The translations under genes and the position numbers were made by a program. The notes beneath the pieces were generated by a model. That model searched no databases and was not told where the DNA came from. It saw only the letters and a program-made list of their open reading frames with translations. A stretch of DNA of 63,163 nucleotides, filler included, from Choristocarpus tenellus KU-1152 (Eukaryota; Protista; Phaeophyceae), in assembly GCA_964200185.2 (NCBI GenBank). It is 11 parts of 11 records of this genome, joined end to end, with 100 filler letters (N's around TTAATTAATTAA, not from the genome) between each part and the next. Parts side by side here need not be neighbours in the genome. Positions count along the whole stretch, not along the records: positions 26,094 to 39,562 come from CAXNAD020001484.1; positions 39,663 to 47,151 come from CAXNAD020006078.1; positions 47,252 to 52,062 come from CAXNAD020012968.1; 8 more parts are not named here. One strand, written 5' to 3'. This document shows, piece after piece, positions 35,074-48,050 of this stretch; within the stretch, counting starts at the first letter, position 1, and each line of letters begins with the position of its first letter.

Positions 35074-38000
35074 CGCTCTCATCACCACAAATTCTTCCTC
35101 TTGGACTGGATCGGATTTTTTGCAGACAGGACTGAACTGATCATACTTTGTCCTGGAAAGAAAAATGTCCTTCTCATGAGGTTGTGAGCACTGGGTGTGA
35201 CATCATCAAGGTGACTATCGTTCATTATTTGTACAAAAATGGAGACTCCTGTTGCTTGCAGGGTCAGTTGCACATGCATTAGGGAATGAGTAAGTACCCC
35301 CGAAGTAATATGGTGTCGATGATGTTCATTCAAGCAACATACTTCCAGAGAGAAAGTGTAAGTCAGGTGAACAGGAGGAGAACAACCGGTGGATGTGCCT
35401 TATCAATGGTTCAACCACAGGAACTGATCTATGATGGCTTGTAAGGACTCCCTCCACCCCTACGTTGGGGCTTACAGCTCTGTTATTTGTTTAAGGAGTG
35501 AGCATAGGTCCTGTCAAGGACCGCATATATGGTGCAAACATCAAATAATGCAAACGCCCCAGCTATGTTGGGAAAAGCCTCCATGCCGTGTCTGAGCCAA
35601 AGTATCTTAGGGGGTAGGGCCGCGTCTGTTTGGGGGATAAAATCCAATGTTTCGATTTTGATGTAATTTTGGCTATGTTGTTTGTTAGGAAGTGTCAATA
35701 TCCTAGTTCTGGAAACACCTTTCATAACGTATACATTTTGGAGTAGGAAAATGTCATTAAAAAAACATGGGAAGCCAAGCCCCAAATGGACAAACAGGAC
35801 AAAACTCGTACTCTCTAAGATACTTTCACTCACACCCTTGGTGGGGGGGCATTGGCAAGGACTCAGCTGGGTTTTGGGAGTAAGCAGGGTATCAACAATT
35901 GCTCAACCTCAAAGGAGTTGAGCTAAATTATCTTAGAGGGTAGAGCCGCGTCCATTTGGGGCCCAAAATCCAACGTTGCGATTTTGATGTAATATTGGCT
36001 ATTGTGTTTGTTAGGAAGTGTCAATATCCATGTTCCGGACACAACTTTTCATGACGCATACATTTTACCTATTCCGAAACATTTTGTAGTAGTGAAATGT
36101 CATAAAAGAACCCATGGGAAGCCAAGTCCCAAATGGACAAACAGGGAAAAACTCGTACCCTCTAAGATACTTTCACTCAAATATGCATGGCTCATTTCTC
36201 TAGCACACGGTCGACTAAGCTCACCATGGTAGAGGATTGGACACTGTAGGGTAGAGTGGTCCAAGTATTGTCAGCTCCCTTCTTGGCTATTCCAAGACGA
36301 TGATGTTCATCCTCATCAACTTTCCCATCATCGTCCAAATCTCCATCTTCCTCCATATATCCCACTACTAGGGTCATAAGGATGCTGATGGCTTCCTGAA
36401 GGGGCATACAGTCAACAGTTCAGAACAGGAGAACATAATATCTTTTAAGAGAATACAAGGTGCAACACGTAGATAAAAAAAACTTCAGGCCGAAGATTTC
36501 AATGCCAAATTTTGAGATTTACACCAACCAGATATTGAGGATGAAGGATTTCTATCATATTAAACGATATATGGCCAACATACATCTAGACCCATGGTAT
36601 TATGAGTATGCTTTTCATTTGTTTTCCCCCTGACACATCTGCAAAATGTCAGAGGGTATAATAATATATTCATATTATGTACTTAATCATTGACATTATT
36701 TACCAAATAATAATCACATATAACGTCATCGCTTTCTTTGAAAATCATATCGTCCCACCAATGCTGAAAATTTGTATTGATACCCTGAAAGTCTATCATT
36801 CACAAAAACATCACCCTTGACAATAGAATTTTCCTCTTCGCTTGACAGTAGAAAACTCCATGTATTCCTGTGGGAAAGCTGTGCGCAACTGATGTACTTT
36901 ACAAATTGTGTATGGTATGGTATGGTTGAGCCAAAGTATCTTAGAGGGTAGAGCCGCATCCACTTGGGGGCCAAAATCCAATGTTGATATTTTGATAGAA
37001 TTATGGCCATTGTGTTTGTTGGGAAGTGTCAATATCCATGTTCTGGACACACCTTTTCATAATGTATACATTTTACCTACTCCGAATTATTTTGGAGTAG
37101 GGCAATGTCATAAAAAAACAGGGGAAGGCAATGCAACCAAGCACACAAACAACATGTGAACAAGTAAGCGGCACCCACGATCCTCACACTCAACTATGAG
37201 CACGACCAACACTATATTGATATATCAGTAACAGAACTAAAAATTTCAAGTTGAACTTTAGTTAACAGAACTATATTGATATATGAACAGAACTATATTG
37301 GCACTGCAGGGAAAAGAAAATAGTTTTAATATTTTCATCTCACTAATACATTTCTTTGAGATCTGGAATTATACAAGAGAAACTAAGCTTGAACAAACTT
37401 CGCATATCCTCACCCCTGGTGGGCGAATATTGGATATATCCATAATAATGAATACAATAATGTTTGAGGTTGCAAATCAAGGTAAGGGTAGTTACAAACA
37501 AGAGGTGTCGCACTCAAGCATATCTTGTATTGTATTTGGGAGGATAAACTTCGAGAAAGGGCACCTAGCATAGTTCACAAAGATACAAATTGTGGCAGTA
37601 TTGGTGGGTACATGTCACTTACTGTTGCAGCAGATATATGATCACAACGGCTGAAGTAGGTAAGATGGAGATATGAACAGAGATGCCAGAAGCATCACAA
37701 TGAGTTCTAGTTTATAGATGTAAGGGATGCACATAACGCTAGGGAAGAGGGAAGTGATGTGCTTACAATAGGCTCTTACCTACCATTCGATATTGAAAGA
37801 TAGAGGTAGACTAAGCTGAAGCAGGTATAGGAACAATTGAAAATTCGCATGCTGCTTACAAATTGTGAGAACCAGTTTGTCTTGGGGTAGAGACTGCCTG
37901 AGCAAGACCAACCTGATCCACCACATGGCTAGCTCTACGATGTACTCCAGAGAGAAAGATATACATAATTAGAATAATATTACAGGCAAGATGATTCAGG

Positions 38001-38826
38001 TAGACTTGCAACAGCATTTGCATTTAACCATACTGGATCAAAACTATGATCTATGCATTTTCCACCAGGCCAGAAATTCTCACCTGAGTGTGTTCATGAG
38101 GAGAGAAGAGTTCACTCTTGCCAACTGACGTTGTCTCTCCCATAATCTCTTTCGTGACATCAGTGCCCACCATGTTGAGGATAAGCTTTGCACCACCTGG
38201 GTGTCTCTGAGCGAATCTAGAAACATCTAGAACTGCACCATCCACAATCACCCACCGACGACCATTCAAGACCTGGATGCCAACCCCCCAACATAAGGGT
38301 AATACCAAAGGTCATACACCACTGGAGTGCAATAAACCTATCAATGATGCCTAAGGGTGTTACCTAACGTTCCAATATAATATTTAGATGATCCCCAATA
38401 CTGCACTACCAAGTATTCCAAGTTGTTCCACAGATTATGACATTGATGTGGCGTGGACAGGTATGTCGGCAGTCATTTCATTCCCACCCATCAAATGTTT
38501 ACATTAATGCACCTATCAAAGAGGTCAATAAGCTTGAAAGGACGGCGCTTGTGTTCTGAATAGAAACACAAAAAGGGGCCATATACACTTGGAAAAATGT
38601 CTTCTAAGCACAGACAATATATATATATTGCTCACTATTTCTTTCGTATTTTAGCATATTTCCTTACGGTTTACACCTCCCACCTTCTCATTGAACTCTG
38701 AAGTAGTATAGATCGGGAATGCCTCAGTCCGGGGCACAAGACAGCTCATGTCTGTGCCATTATGACTGCGATCCATTCCAAAGCTTGAGTTGAGCACCCA
38801 AAGGTGATTTTGCCCCTTCTTTTGTA
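35074..38826 (-). CDS. Cytochrome b5-like heme-binding domain protein (internal exons; both ends undetermined)
   Basis: Exons 38826-38684, 38272-38084 and 36395-36225 splice in phase to FPIYTTSEFNEK|VLNGRRWVIVDGAVLDVSRFAQRHPGGAKLILNMVGTDVT...PHEHTQ|EAISILMTLVVGYMEE, with HPGG and a second His. A further exon lies at 35152-35074, with a probable linking exon at ~35400-35480. Confidence 0.82.
35594..35831 (+). mobile_element. Sola2-like MITE copy 5 (internal deletion), inside the cytochrome b5 gene
   Basis: Both TIRs present; flanks GTCT/ACAC do not match as a TSD but give GT...AG on the host strand. Confidence 0.88.
35920..36178 (+). mobile_element. Sola2-like MITE copy 6, intronic
   Basis: Both TIRs present, 88 bp from copy 5. 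Confidence 0.88.
36612..36668 (+). repeat. Short stem-loop + (TAA)n repeat family, probable retroposon 3' tail; other copies 8491-8547(-), 15606-15714(-), 27268-27307(-), 34221-34275(-), 50511-50616(-), 50997-51100(-), 51236-51295(+), 51432-51492(-), 53416-53471(+)
   Basis: Consensus TTTTCCCCCTGACACATCTGCAAAATGTCAGAGGGTATAATAATA with a CTGACA/TGTCAG stem and a TAA/A-rich tail. Confidence 0.8.
36928..37128 (+). mobile_element. Sola2-like MITE copy 7 (right end missing), intronic
   Basis: GAGCCAAAGTATCTTAGAGGGTAGAGCCG... colinear with copy 2. Confidence 0.88.
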
Positions 38827-39505
38827 CTGTATCGTATCGGCAACAGAGGTCAACAGTACGTGTGAGTAAGTGCATGCATATATAGTGCATGTGAAGGTTA
38901 ACAGTGGCAGATGGGAAAATCAAGTGATCTGAAAAAAACATGATCAGTACATCAACAACAACAAACAGAATAAACATAACGAAAGAGAACCCTTCTCTCA
39001 TCTCTTTGTAGAATTGGAAAAGGGAAAAGAGTCAAACCGACTGAGAGATAGGCAGGTTTGAACCCTTTCGAATTCTAAGCCATTTTTCTTACCATGTGCC
39101 ATACACGCCATTTCATTGCTTTATGTGCACTTTCGTGTACGCAACATTAGTGTCCTCTCTCTATACACACAACGTGACACCACAAATTCAGTGAAGGAAC
39201 TTATTGCAATTGTACAAAATGGCATATTTATCTCTTTCTCAGGATCCTCAAAATGCAACCCTGCCAACCTCTCCGTTCGATCGACTCAGAACGCATACAC
39301 AATGATTCGGAGAGGCATTAATTAAGTTCATCACAGTATGAGAGGTACACATGCCCTGACTGACTCTTTCAAGGTGTTATTTCAGACTAGGGATTATTGT
39401 GTAAGATAGATACTACAGTACTAGCAATGAGAGCGCACTATTGACAAGTGATAGAACCCTTTCACCCAATATGTTTTGTGAATGATGTATCAATAGGAAA
39501 CAAGG

Positions 39506-39562
39506 GAGCCAAAGTATCTTAGAGGGTAGAGCCGCGTCCATTTGGGGATCAAAATACAATGT
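39506..39562 (+). mobile_element. Sola2-like MITE copy 8 (cut by contig end)
   Basis: Left TIR and the first 57 bp. Confidence 0.85.
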
Positions 39563-39689
39563 NNNNNNNNNNNNNNNNNNNNNNNNNNNNNNNNNNNNNN
39601 NNNNNNTTAATTAATTAANNNNNNNNNNNNNNNNNNNNNNNNNNNNNNNNNNNNNNNNNNNNCCCCCCCCCCCAGATACTTTGTGTCTT

Positions 39690-42600
39690 TTGATTATGAC
39701 AGGTCGCTTGGTCAGTGGCTCTTACATTAGGAAGGTCCAATTTGTTCTCATCCCTATAGGCTGCGATCATCTCTGTACATTCAGGTATTTCAGCGGGTTT
39801 GCGCCATACATCACTGGCCGGTGAATATCCTTGAAAGCAAAGTCGGTATAAACAATTGTGGGTGATCTTTCTTCCTACCCCACGTTTATGATCAACAATG
39901 CCCTCGACATTGTAAGATCCAATAGTTGGCTGTGTCTTTGACCCCTGATCAAAGTCCGGTTCAGGTAAGATCCGGCCTAAAAAGAGTGAATTAAGGGCAT
40001 ATAACCTGGCACTGTGGCTCTACCCTCCTTGTAGGGTTTAAGTCTGGCCAGATGAACTGTCACTTCCCGTTGATCTTCCAAGCGTTTTACACGATATACA
40101 ACGGGTGTTATACGTGCCTTCACTTCATAAGGTCCTCTCCATGGGGACAACAACTTGGGGTTTGGTGCATCAGCTGACGTATGTGGTTTGTGAAGCCACC
40201 CTCTGTATCTCTGGGTTCGTATAGTGGGAGTTTATGGTTCACCTTCTTAGATTTGTTCCTTAAAACCATCTCACCAATATTACGCTGGGCTAATTCATAG
40301 GCTAGCTGTAAATTCTCCACTGTTTCCATACTGTATTCTTGAACAATTATGGGGGTGGCCTCAGGGACCCCTAAAATAAGATCAATTGGTAAAATTGGGC
40401 GCCTCCCAAACATGAGAAAAAATGGGGTTTCTTGAAAAGTGGAATTGTAGGCTGTATTATGTGCTAGCTGGACAAAGGGCAATAATGAGGTCCAGTCAGA
40501 TTGGTCAATATTTGAATACATGGCCAGCATACCATGCAATGTGGAGTGAATACGTTCACATATACTATTGCCTTGCAATCGATATGCCATTGTCTTGGTT
40601 TTATCATATCCATACACTTTGCACAACTCAGCCAGGAGCTTATTCTCAAGTTCTTTGCCTTGGTCAGAGTGGAGTGTTTCAGGAGGATCAAAGATGGAAA
40701 AAATACGGTTGAGAGCTTTAGCCACAGTTTTTTCTTATTTATTTGCAATACCAACCAAGATTGTGAATCTTGTAAGATGGTCTACAGCGGATAGCACATA
40801 TTTAGCACCGTCTGACGAGGTCTTATTTATATTTATATTTAACTAGGTCAATAGCAAGTCGTTGAAATAGACGTGTGACAGGCATATGTCCTGTCGGTAA
40901 TGGGGTTAGAGTATGCGAGGTCTTACATCTTTGACACGACTGGCAAGATTCACACCACTTCCTCACATTCTTATGGAAGGTTGGCCACCAAACTCTATCA
41001 CGAACTCGGTCAAAGGTGTGTTTAAAAGCAAGATGGTCGGCAACTTTATGGTCATGTAGGGTGTGTAAAATTAAACCCTGAACCTCTGTTGGGGCTACTA
41101 ACTGATCTCAAAATTATCCATTTTTTTTCGAAGGTGACCAGGTTGATACGACCGGCAGAGTAAAAGTCTATTTTCTCATTCTTGAGTGAAAAAATATGAC
41201 ATATGTAGACCGTTTCCTTACTGGGTAATGCTGTATTGGTGGGGTCTGCCAGGTATTGAAAATAAGCTTGAAGCTAATCATGTTGGGCCTTGGCTAGAAC
41301 TTCCGTATCAATTACAGGAAACACATTGATGGAGCTTGCAAAGAGCTCAGATTCATTTGCCACTTTAGTAATTTCACCTAGTCGATCCACAGACAATTCA
41401 TAGGCAGGGTATACCTTACTTGCTTGAGAACTTGCATCAGTGGTTTGCCCACATTTCAACATATAGGGATTAGGGGTGCTGGTTCAGATTCATGTTTACA
41501 GCATTCTTCCAGTTGAGGACGTGACGACATATCTGGGATGTAATGTAATCTGTTAGGCTTATGAAAGACGGTAAAATCAAAACTTTGCAAAGCTAAGGCC
41601 CCTCGAGTTAACAGATTGGACGTATCTAGCATCGTATGCGTAAGGCTGAATGGTCACTAATGACTGTGAAATGTTTACCCCAAATATATTGTCTCCAATG
41701 TTGGATTGCAAGAATAACTGCAAGGCACTCTTTTTGTGTGGTAGAACATTTATGCTGGGAGGGGGAAAGTAAGGCACTATGGTATGCAATTATATCAAAA
41801 TTGTCATCATCATTTTTATGTGCTAAAAACGCGACTGTCCCAACATTACTGGCACCTACATGGATAAAAAATTCCTTAGAAAAATCAGGAAAGTGTAGCA
41901 CTGGAACCCTAGATAACAGTCGTTTGCATTTGTCAAAAGCAGTCTGCTATGGACAATTCCATCTAGATGAGATATGATGAGATAGCCTTGTGGAATTTCT
42001 TTGCTCGTTTTACTGAGGTGGTCTCTTTTTGTGAATTTCCTTTCTGTGTATGGCGAATCAATTCAACCAACGGTTCTGTTGCTGTTGCTAGGTGAGGAAT
42101 AAATATACTTCCTAACAAAGTTCATCGAACCTAAAAATGATTGTAAGCCTTTCACAGTTTGAGGAGGATGCATATCTAATATAGCTTCAACACGAGCTTG
42201 GGATACAGCAATTCCTTGTGGGCTAACATCATGTCCCAAATAATGGATTTGTTGTGAGCCAAATTGAGCCATGGATGGCTTTAACGTAATCCCTACATCT
42301 TGTAACATTGACAAAACTGTAGTGATCAACTGTTTATGGTGTGTCCATGATGGAGAGGTCAAAACTATATCGTCTAAATCTACCACCAACCCTGAGCTAG
42401 GACCGATACTGGAAAAGGTTTCTGACATAAAGCGTTGGAAGATCCAAAGTGCATTTTGTACTCCAAAGGTAACCTCTGAAACTCATATTTCCCATCCGGC
42501 GTGATGAAGGCAGTTTTTTGTCATTTGCATTTATCAGTTATAGGTAGTTGCCAATAGGCTGATTGGATATCTAAACAAGATAAATATTTTGAACTCCCCA

Positions 42601-45080
42601 ATGTGGATAAACACTCATCCATGGATGGTAAAGGTCATGAATTGAATTACGTATCAGATGATAATTTTCGGTTCCTCTAAAATGAATGTTTATAATCTAC
42701 ACAGAATTGAGGTTATCCATCAGGTTTGGCAACAATGGTAACAGGGGATGCCCATGGGCGAGATGAGGGTTTCATAATACCCTGTTTTTCAATATCAGTT
42801 ACGCATTGTCGAATAGTGTCGAGTATTTTTTGTGCCACACAATACGTTGGTCTACTAACAGGTTTAGTGCCTGGTTGTAGTGGAAACTCAACTTAAGTAG
42901 TGGTGCAGCAACCTAATTCATTTTTGGACAATGAAAAGAGTGGTCTGAATTTAGCCACTCTATCTAGTAATTCCTCTTGTTCAGATAGTGTCAGTTGAGT
43001 ATTTGTAAAAGCCTTCTTAGAAAAAAAAAAACTTCAATTGCTCCCTAGCCTCTTTCAGTTCCTCGGGGGTAGATGGTGTGGCTGCAACTGCACTTACTGT
43101 GGTGTCTGACAGGGCATATGTTTTTGAAACAGGGGAAACACGACCAACTATAACTTTTGCTGGTAACTTGACCCCTTTTTGTGAAAGATTGGCAATTTTG
43201 ACTAGACATCCTCCATCTTCTTCTCAAACAGAGAGGGTTCGACTGACCATTATGTGATGCCAGTGGGGATGTATGTCGTCCTCATGCTGGAGGTCTGTGC
43301 CAGTGTAAATGATAGGTTCCACCACTGCATCGGTAGCTGTTCCTTGCAGTGCCTGAGAACAAACTGGAACAAGCGTTTCCGTGCCAGGGGGAAGGAATAT
43401 CTTTTTTACTGTGTGCACTGGTGTAGTAAATTCAGATGTGATTACTGAAATTGAAAAATGAGATGCATTTCCAGTCCGGCAAAAATCTTTGGGTGGGAAC
43501 AGATTGGAAGGGGTACAATTTTGTGTTTTGCTGGGATGCATTGATCACTGTCTTTAAACGACATCTCCTCTATATCCCAATCTAGCACTGCCCCAAATGC
43601 CGACATAATGCTGTTATCCAACAAAATTTTATCTACTCCCAGATTAGGTATGACCACTGCTTGGACAGGCATTGATATGTTACCAAGTTGTAGTGTAAAT
43701 TGAATGAAACCATTAACAGAGAGAGGTCTACCACCTGCTCCTTTTAAGTTCAGAGCGCCTGCTGGAATCTCCCGAATGGGTGCCTTGCAAAGTGTTGGGT
43801 GGGCTTCAATGTGTCTGAGAGATATTACTGGAATGTCAGTAGCAGTATCAACAGTAATGCTCATTAAAGGTTCATTTTCAACATACCCAGGAATTCTTAC
43901 GCGGCGAGATGAAACATTGAACACGCGAGGGGAGTTAGAAGAGTGTTGGATTGCTGATGTGTGCCAACAGTATGAAAAGTGGAACAACACATTTGAGGTG
44001 TCAAAGAAATGTCACCCATGCCCAAAAAAGGTTGTGGGGGAAAAGAAAGAGCAGATGCAACAGTTGTTAAATGTCCTGCTTGTGGCAACTTTTGGTGTGC
44101 TGACCTTGAATGTTTAAAGTGTTGGGTCTTATTTGCTCTCTCCCACATCTGAGTCTGCCCAAAACATCAAGTACCTAGTTTTCTTTAACTTCCTAACCCT
44201 ATAGATTCCGGGGAAACAGAATCAGCAGGGCATCCCTATATTCTCTCATTTCTCACTCCCTCTCCTCCTGTGGTTCTATGTTACCCTGCAGGGGTTCACT
44301 GGAGGAATAATAGACTTCTGACAGTCAGTACCTGTTTTGATCACCAATAAAAGCCGACAAACTGAACGCTTTTTGTGGTTGTTGTAGATACACATGAGGG
44401 AAAGGTCTAACCCTTTTTTGAAATTTGGCAACAGGTGAATAGGACAAAGGCTGTGCTCCAGAACTCATGGGGTAAGTCTTTGTGAGAATATGTATCATGA
44501 TCAAGGGATCAAGTACCTAGCCCCAGTGAATATGGTCGATGTAGGGTGGGACAATATACTTATCTTCATATTTAAAGTTTGCATGACCGCTGCCACCAAA
44601 CCTTGGTCATGCGGAGTCCCCTCCATCGCCTCATTGACAATCTTCTTGGCGTAGACGAGTTGGCGATTCATATACGTCTGGATATCGAACGTCGCTACCT
44701 CACTGTATTTGCTTTTTTCCTTGTGATCTTCTGTCAACACACTGAACCGGTTCAGGCCCGAATTACGGGCGAGGGCCTTCCCTCAGCCTCTGCTTCGCCA
44801 TCCCTTCCTGCTCTAGCTAGCCACCAGGGGTGCTTTGTCTACCAATGTAGACGCGGGAATCGGTCGAGGTTGGGCATTAATGGCACCCCCCTCATTGCCC
44901 CCATCAGTTGTCGTGCTTAAGGTTGCCTTTTTCCCTTTCCTTGTAGCCGACTTCTCCTTGCTATTGGGATTAGATGTGGCAGTAGGTTTGGGAGTGGTAG
45001 TGTTAGACATAATGTGGCGCGAGTTAGCCCCCTTGAACACTAGGCGTGAGTACTGCTGTGGAAGTGTCAAAGTTGCCAAG
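39690..45080 (-). mobile_element. Degenerate Ty3/Gypsy chromovirus-like LTR retrotransposon (gag-PR-RT-RH-IN-chromodomain)
   Basis: In order on -: gag-like 45079-44500; aspartic protease ITVDTATDI (43990-43442); RT with PWASPVT and LDDIV (42800-42063); RNase H LHFPDFSKEFFIH..STTQKECLAV (41901-41577); HHCC zinc finger (~41060-40930); integrase PETLHSDQG..ERIHSTL (40850-40120); WRGPY; chromodomain YNVEGIVDHK..YRLCFQGYSPASDVW (39920-39735). Many frameshifts and stops. Confidence 0.93.
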
Positions 45081-45713
45081 TTCTCTGCTCAAGGGGGCAA
45101 TCACAATCACCGGAGTGAACTCTTTCACCTCAAAGGTCTTGGCCCAACATCTCAAAGTCTATTGAGGAAATCCAGCGCAGAACTAAAACCTCAAAACACA
45201 ACAGATTTTCCCGAATGACTGAGTAATGTCACAGCAAAGAAATGGATTTTTCAGAATCAGAATGGGTCTTCGTTCTGATAGTCCATTTTAGATGTTTTGT
45301 CAAATCCGGATTTTATGGGTGTGGTTGGTTTATTGGACTGGTCGGTATGGATGAGCTCAAATGACGTGGTTGGCGCGCAATTGTATCTGATCACAAGTGT
45401 GTGTGTCGGAGATCCCAAAAAAGAAACCTGTCCCTGACACAGACATGATTTTGAACGGAAAATTTCAGATAAGTATCGAAAGCATGTTTGCCTGTTATTA
45501 TACCGTTATTGCCGTATGCGATATACCAGTATACCGTTGTACCGGTTTTGGTTCCCAGTCAAGAGTCCATGATTTCACTGACAGACTTTTCCGCTAGAAT
45601 GAAACCATGGTTAGAATGAAACCATGGAATTCTCTTCATGTTACCAATCCCATAGATAGACTTGGGACAGCTCATCATTCAGAGTTGTCACACATGGAAG
45701 ATCCCCACTTTGT

Positions 45714-45957
45714 TCTCACGTCTTGAATGTCTTGACTGATGGTGATGAAGCCCCACCTTTGATGATGTTCATCATTCCTAAGTTTAACACTTGGCCAACC
45801 TTAACCTCGTACCCTCGGTCACGGTTCGTCCTTGTTCGTCTGGTCCGTCTTGNNNNNNNNNNGATTCTCTTCGCCACCCTGGCCTGAGTGAACCACGCCG
45901 CCACAGAATCACACGATTCACATTGGCGACACTGGTGTCCTCAGAAATAGGGTGACG
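45714..45957 (-). mobile_element. LTR-like copy homologous to solo LTR 17224-17454
   Basis: Shared TGAATCGT.TGATTCTGTGGCGGC.TGGTTCACTCA..ACGAGGTTAAGG..TCAAGACGT; 5' boundary uncertain. Confidence 0.65.
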
Positions 45958-46399
45958 GGGCATTTCTGTTTGACCGCGGATGAAAGATGCCGAACTCACG
46001 ATCGAGGCGAAGGCATCAGGCACAAGAGCGCAGAACTCCAGATCTGGCGCCATCCCGGGCACCAGAAGAAGCCCAAGCCCACGAGTCCATGGAAGACATG
46101 GAATCCTCCACCCATCTTGATTCTGACTCATCTGGTATCGACTCGACGTCATCCAGTACCACCACACTTACTTGCTGAAAGTAGACGCGGTTCCCCCCCT
46201 TCCCCTCTTACAGATCGACAGGCTCATACCAGACCTGTGTAGTCGACCCTTGAGCATCGTGTTAGCTCGGGTGACCGTGACACTCGTCGGGTCCTGTTTC
46301 AGGAAGAACCAGTCCCGCCTCCAAGTTCTACTACTTGTGAGGTGGCCATTTCACAGGCAAAGTTCGGTGATGCTGTGTACCAGCGTTCATCGTGCACCA

Positions 46400-47151
46400 C
46401 GCCAATGAGTGCGCAAGAACGAACACCGTGCCTCCTGAATGGCTTCAATGAAACTTCAATGATGAAACTTCAAGTTCGGGGAACGGGCACCGATCATGTA
46501 AGATCCCTTCGACAGAGTAGCGACGTTGCACGCCCACCACCACTGTCAGAAGGGGGTCGTTTCAGGTTTTCCGCTTTGGAAATACCATCTGGTCTGGTAA
46601 TTACAGGTTCTGGAGAAGAGAATTTACACTCTTGTTCTCTAAATGACACGTGGCAATTTCCTTGCATTCTAGTCAGTATGGTCCTGCCCGCATCCTCTGA
46701 AATGATTAATGCTTGTATGTAGAATTTTTACCGAAAATTCTTCAAGGACCAGCTGAAAACTTTTATTTTCAGGCATTGGCGGGTATAGTAGAGTGGCGTT
46801 CAACAAGTGATTTGGCTCATTTGCAATCGTCTCTTGACACCCCTGTCCCCATTACACCACCAAAGACTTGGGATGATGTCCAGAAAGCCTTGATAACCGC
46901 GTTTACTCCCACCCATGCTGTAAGTGTATCAGCTCGTAGACTAACGTCCTTGAAACAGGGGGAGAACAAGTTGGTTGACCAATATACTTTACGTTGCACA
47001 ACAGCAATAAATCGTTTTTTAGATGATGTTCATCGCACAACGTTGTCCTCAGATTCAGTCCACCCAAAAACTTTGCTTGTTGAGCAACTAACAGGGGATT
47101 CTCAAAATTGAGGATGGAGCGGGACTATGAGGATGGTTGTTCTGCGAAAAC
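46400..47151 (+). mobile_element. Degenerate retrotransposon gag fragment
   Basis: PKTWDDVQKALITAFTP...ARRLTSLKQGENKLVDQYTLR matches the Retrotrans_gag W..F...F..L..L.QG..E.V..Y..RF pattern. Confidence 0.75.
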
Positions 47152-47299
47152 NNNNNNNNNNNNNNNNNNNNNNNNNNNNNNNNNNNNNNNNNNNNTTAAT
47201 TAATTAANNNNNNNNNNNNNNNNNNNNNNNNNNNNNNNNNNNNNNNNNNNNAAAGTGCCTCGATTGTGTAAGTACTCGACTTGCGTTTTCTTACACACC

Positions 47300-48050
47300 C
47301 CACATGGAGCTGTACGGCAGCATGTACTCATCGGTAGTATGCTAATATTTCAGAGTACAACCCTGTGTCCATGAAGCCGTGTTGGCCTTCTGGTGTCAAG
47401 ACAAAAATTGACATTGAGTAAGGCGTCGGGGTTTGAAAGTGCTGAATCCTCTTCCCCTGCCGAAGTACATGTTGTTAGAGTGTTGTTTTGGGGTGAATGA
47501 AGATGTTCCTTCCAATGGTGCTCTCGAATTTCTGCTTGCTTTTTTAATCAGCCACCACTTCGTTTTGTTCTGTTTTTTTATTGGCTCATGTCCATCTGTC
47601 TGGTGACTGTGTCTCTTTTTCCAAGTGTTGAGTTGGTAGGTCCAATATCCCTTGCCCAACCATATTCTGTACATAAGTGCCACCTACTGTAAGTATAATT
47701 GTTAATGATAGTCTTCTTCCTTCGTTCAATCTCTAAGAGCGTCCCCCATGAAGTTTTGATAAGAGAGAATATCTCAGGTTCCACCTCCGGTCAGTTCTTG
47801 TTTCTAGCTATTGGTTAGTATAACCTGGTGCAGCACAGACAATTTCTTCAGACTTTGATGTGTGCATCGACTGCACCATATTATCGAAATACCTATTAGC
47901 ATTGCCATTGTAGTATGCATTATGTATTTGGTTTTTGCTATGCGCTTCGGTCTAGATTGTTTGGAATCAATTCTGTTTCCATGGATGAAGTGCATTAAAC
48001 CTTTCACCACAGCTTATTTGATGAATTGGACGAACTAGGGGAGGTGCCCT
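47300..48050 (-). mobile_element. Possible highly degenerate Tc1/mariner (IS630-like) transposase remnant
   Basis: Broken motifs AYYNGNAN (cf. DYHGNMN), QVILTNS (cf. VIIMDNA) and HGHRVVL (cf. GHRVL.LPPY) in the expected order. Confidence 0.3.

Noticed and set aside
45695-45713. TGGGGATC on the - strand as a primer-binding site making 45714-45957 the 5' LTR of the Gypsy element
   Set aside because: No convincing tRNA 3'-end complementarity that I can identify, and the 3' LTR is unavailable for comparison
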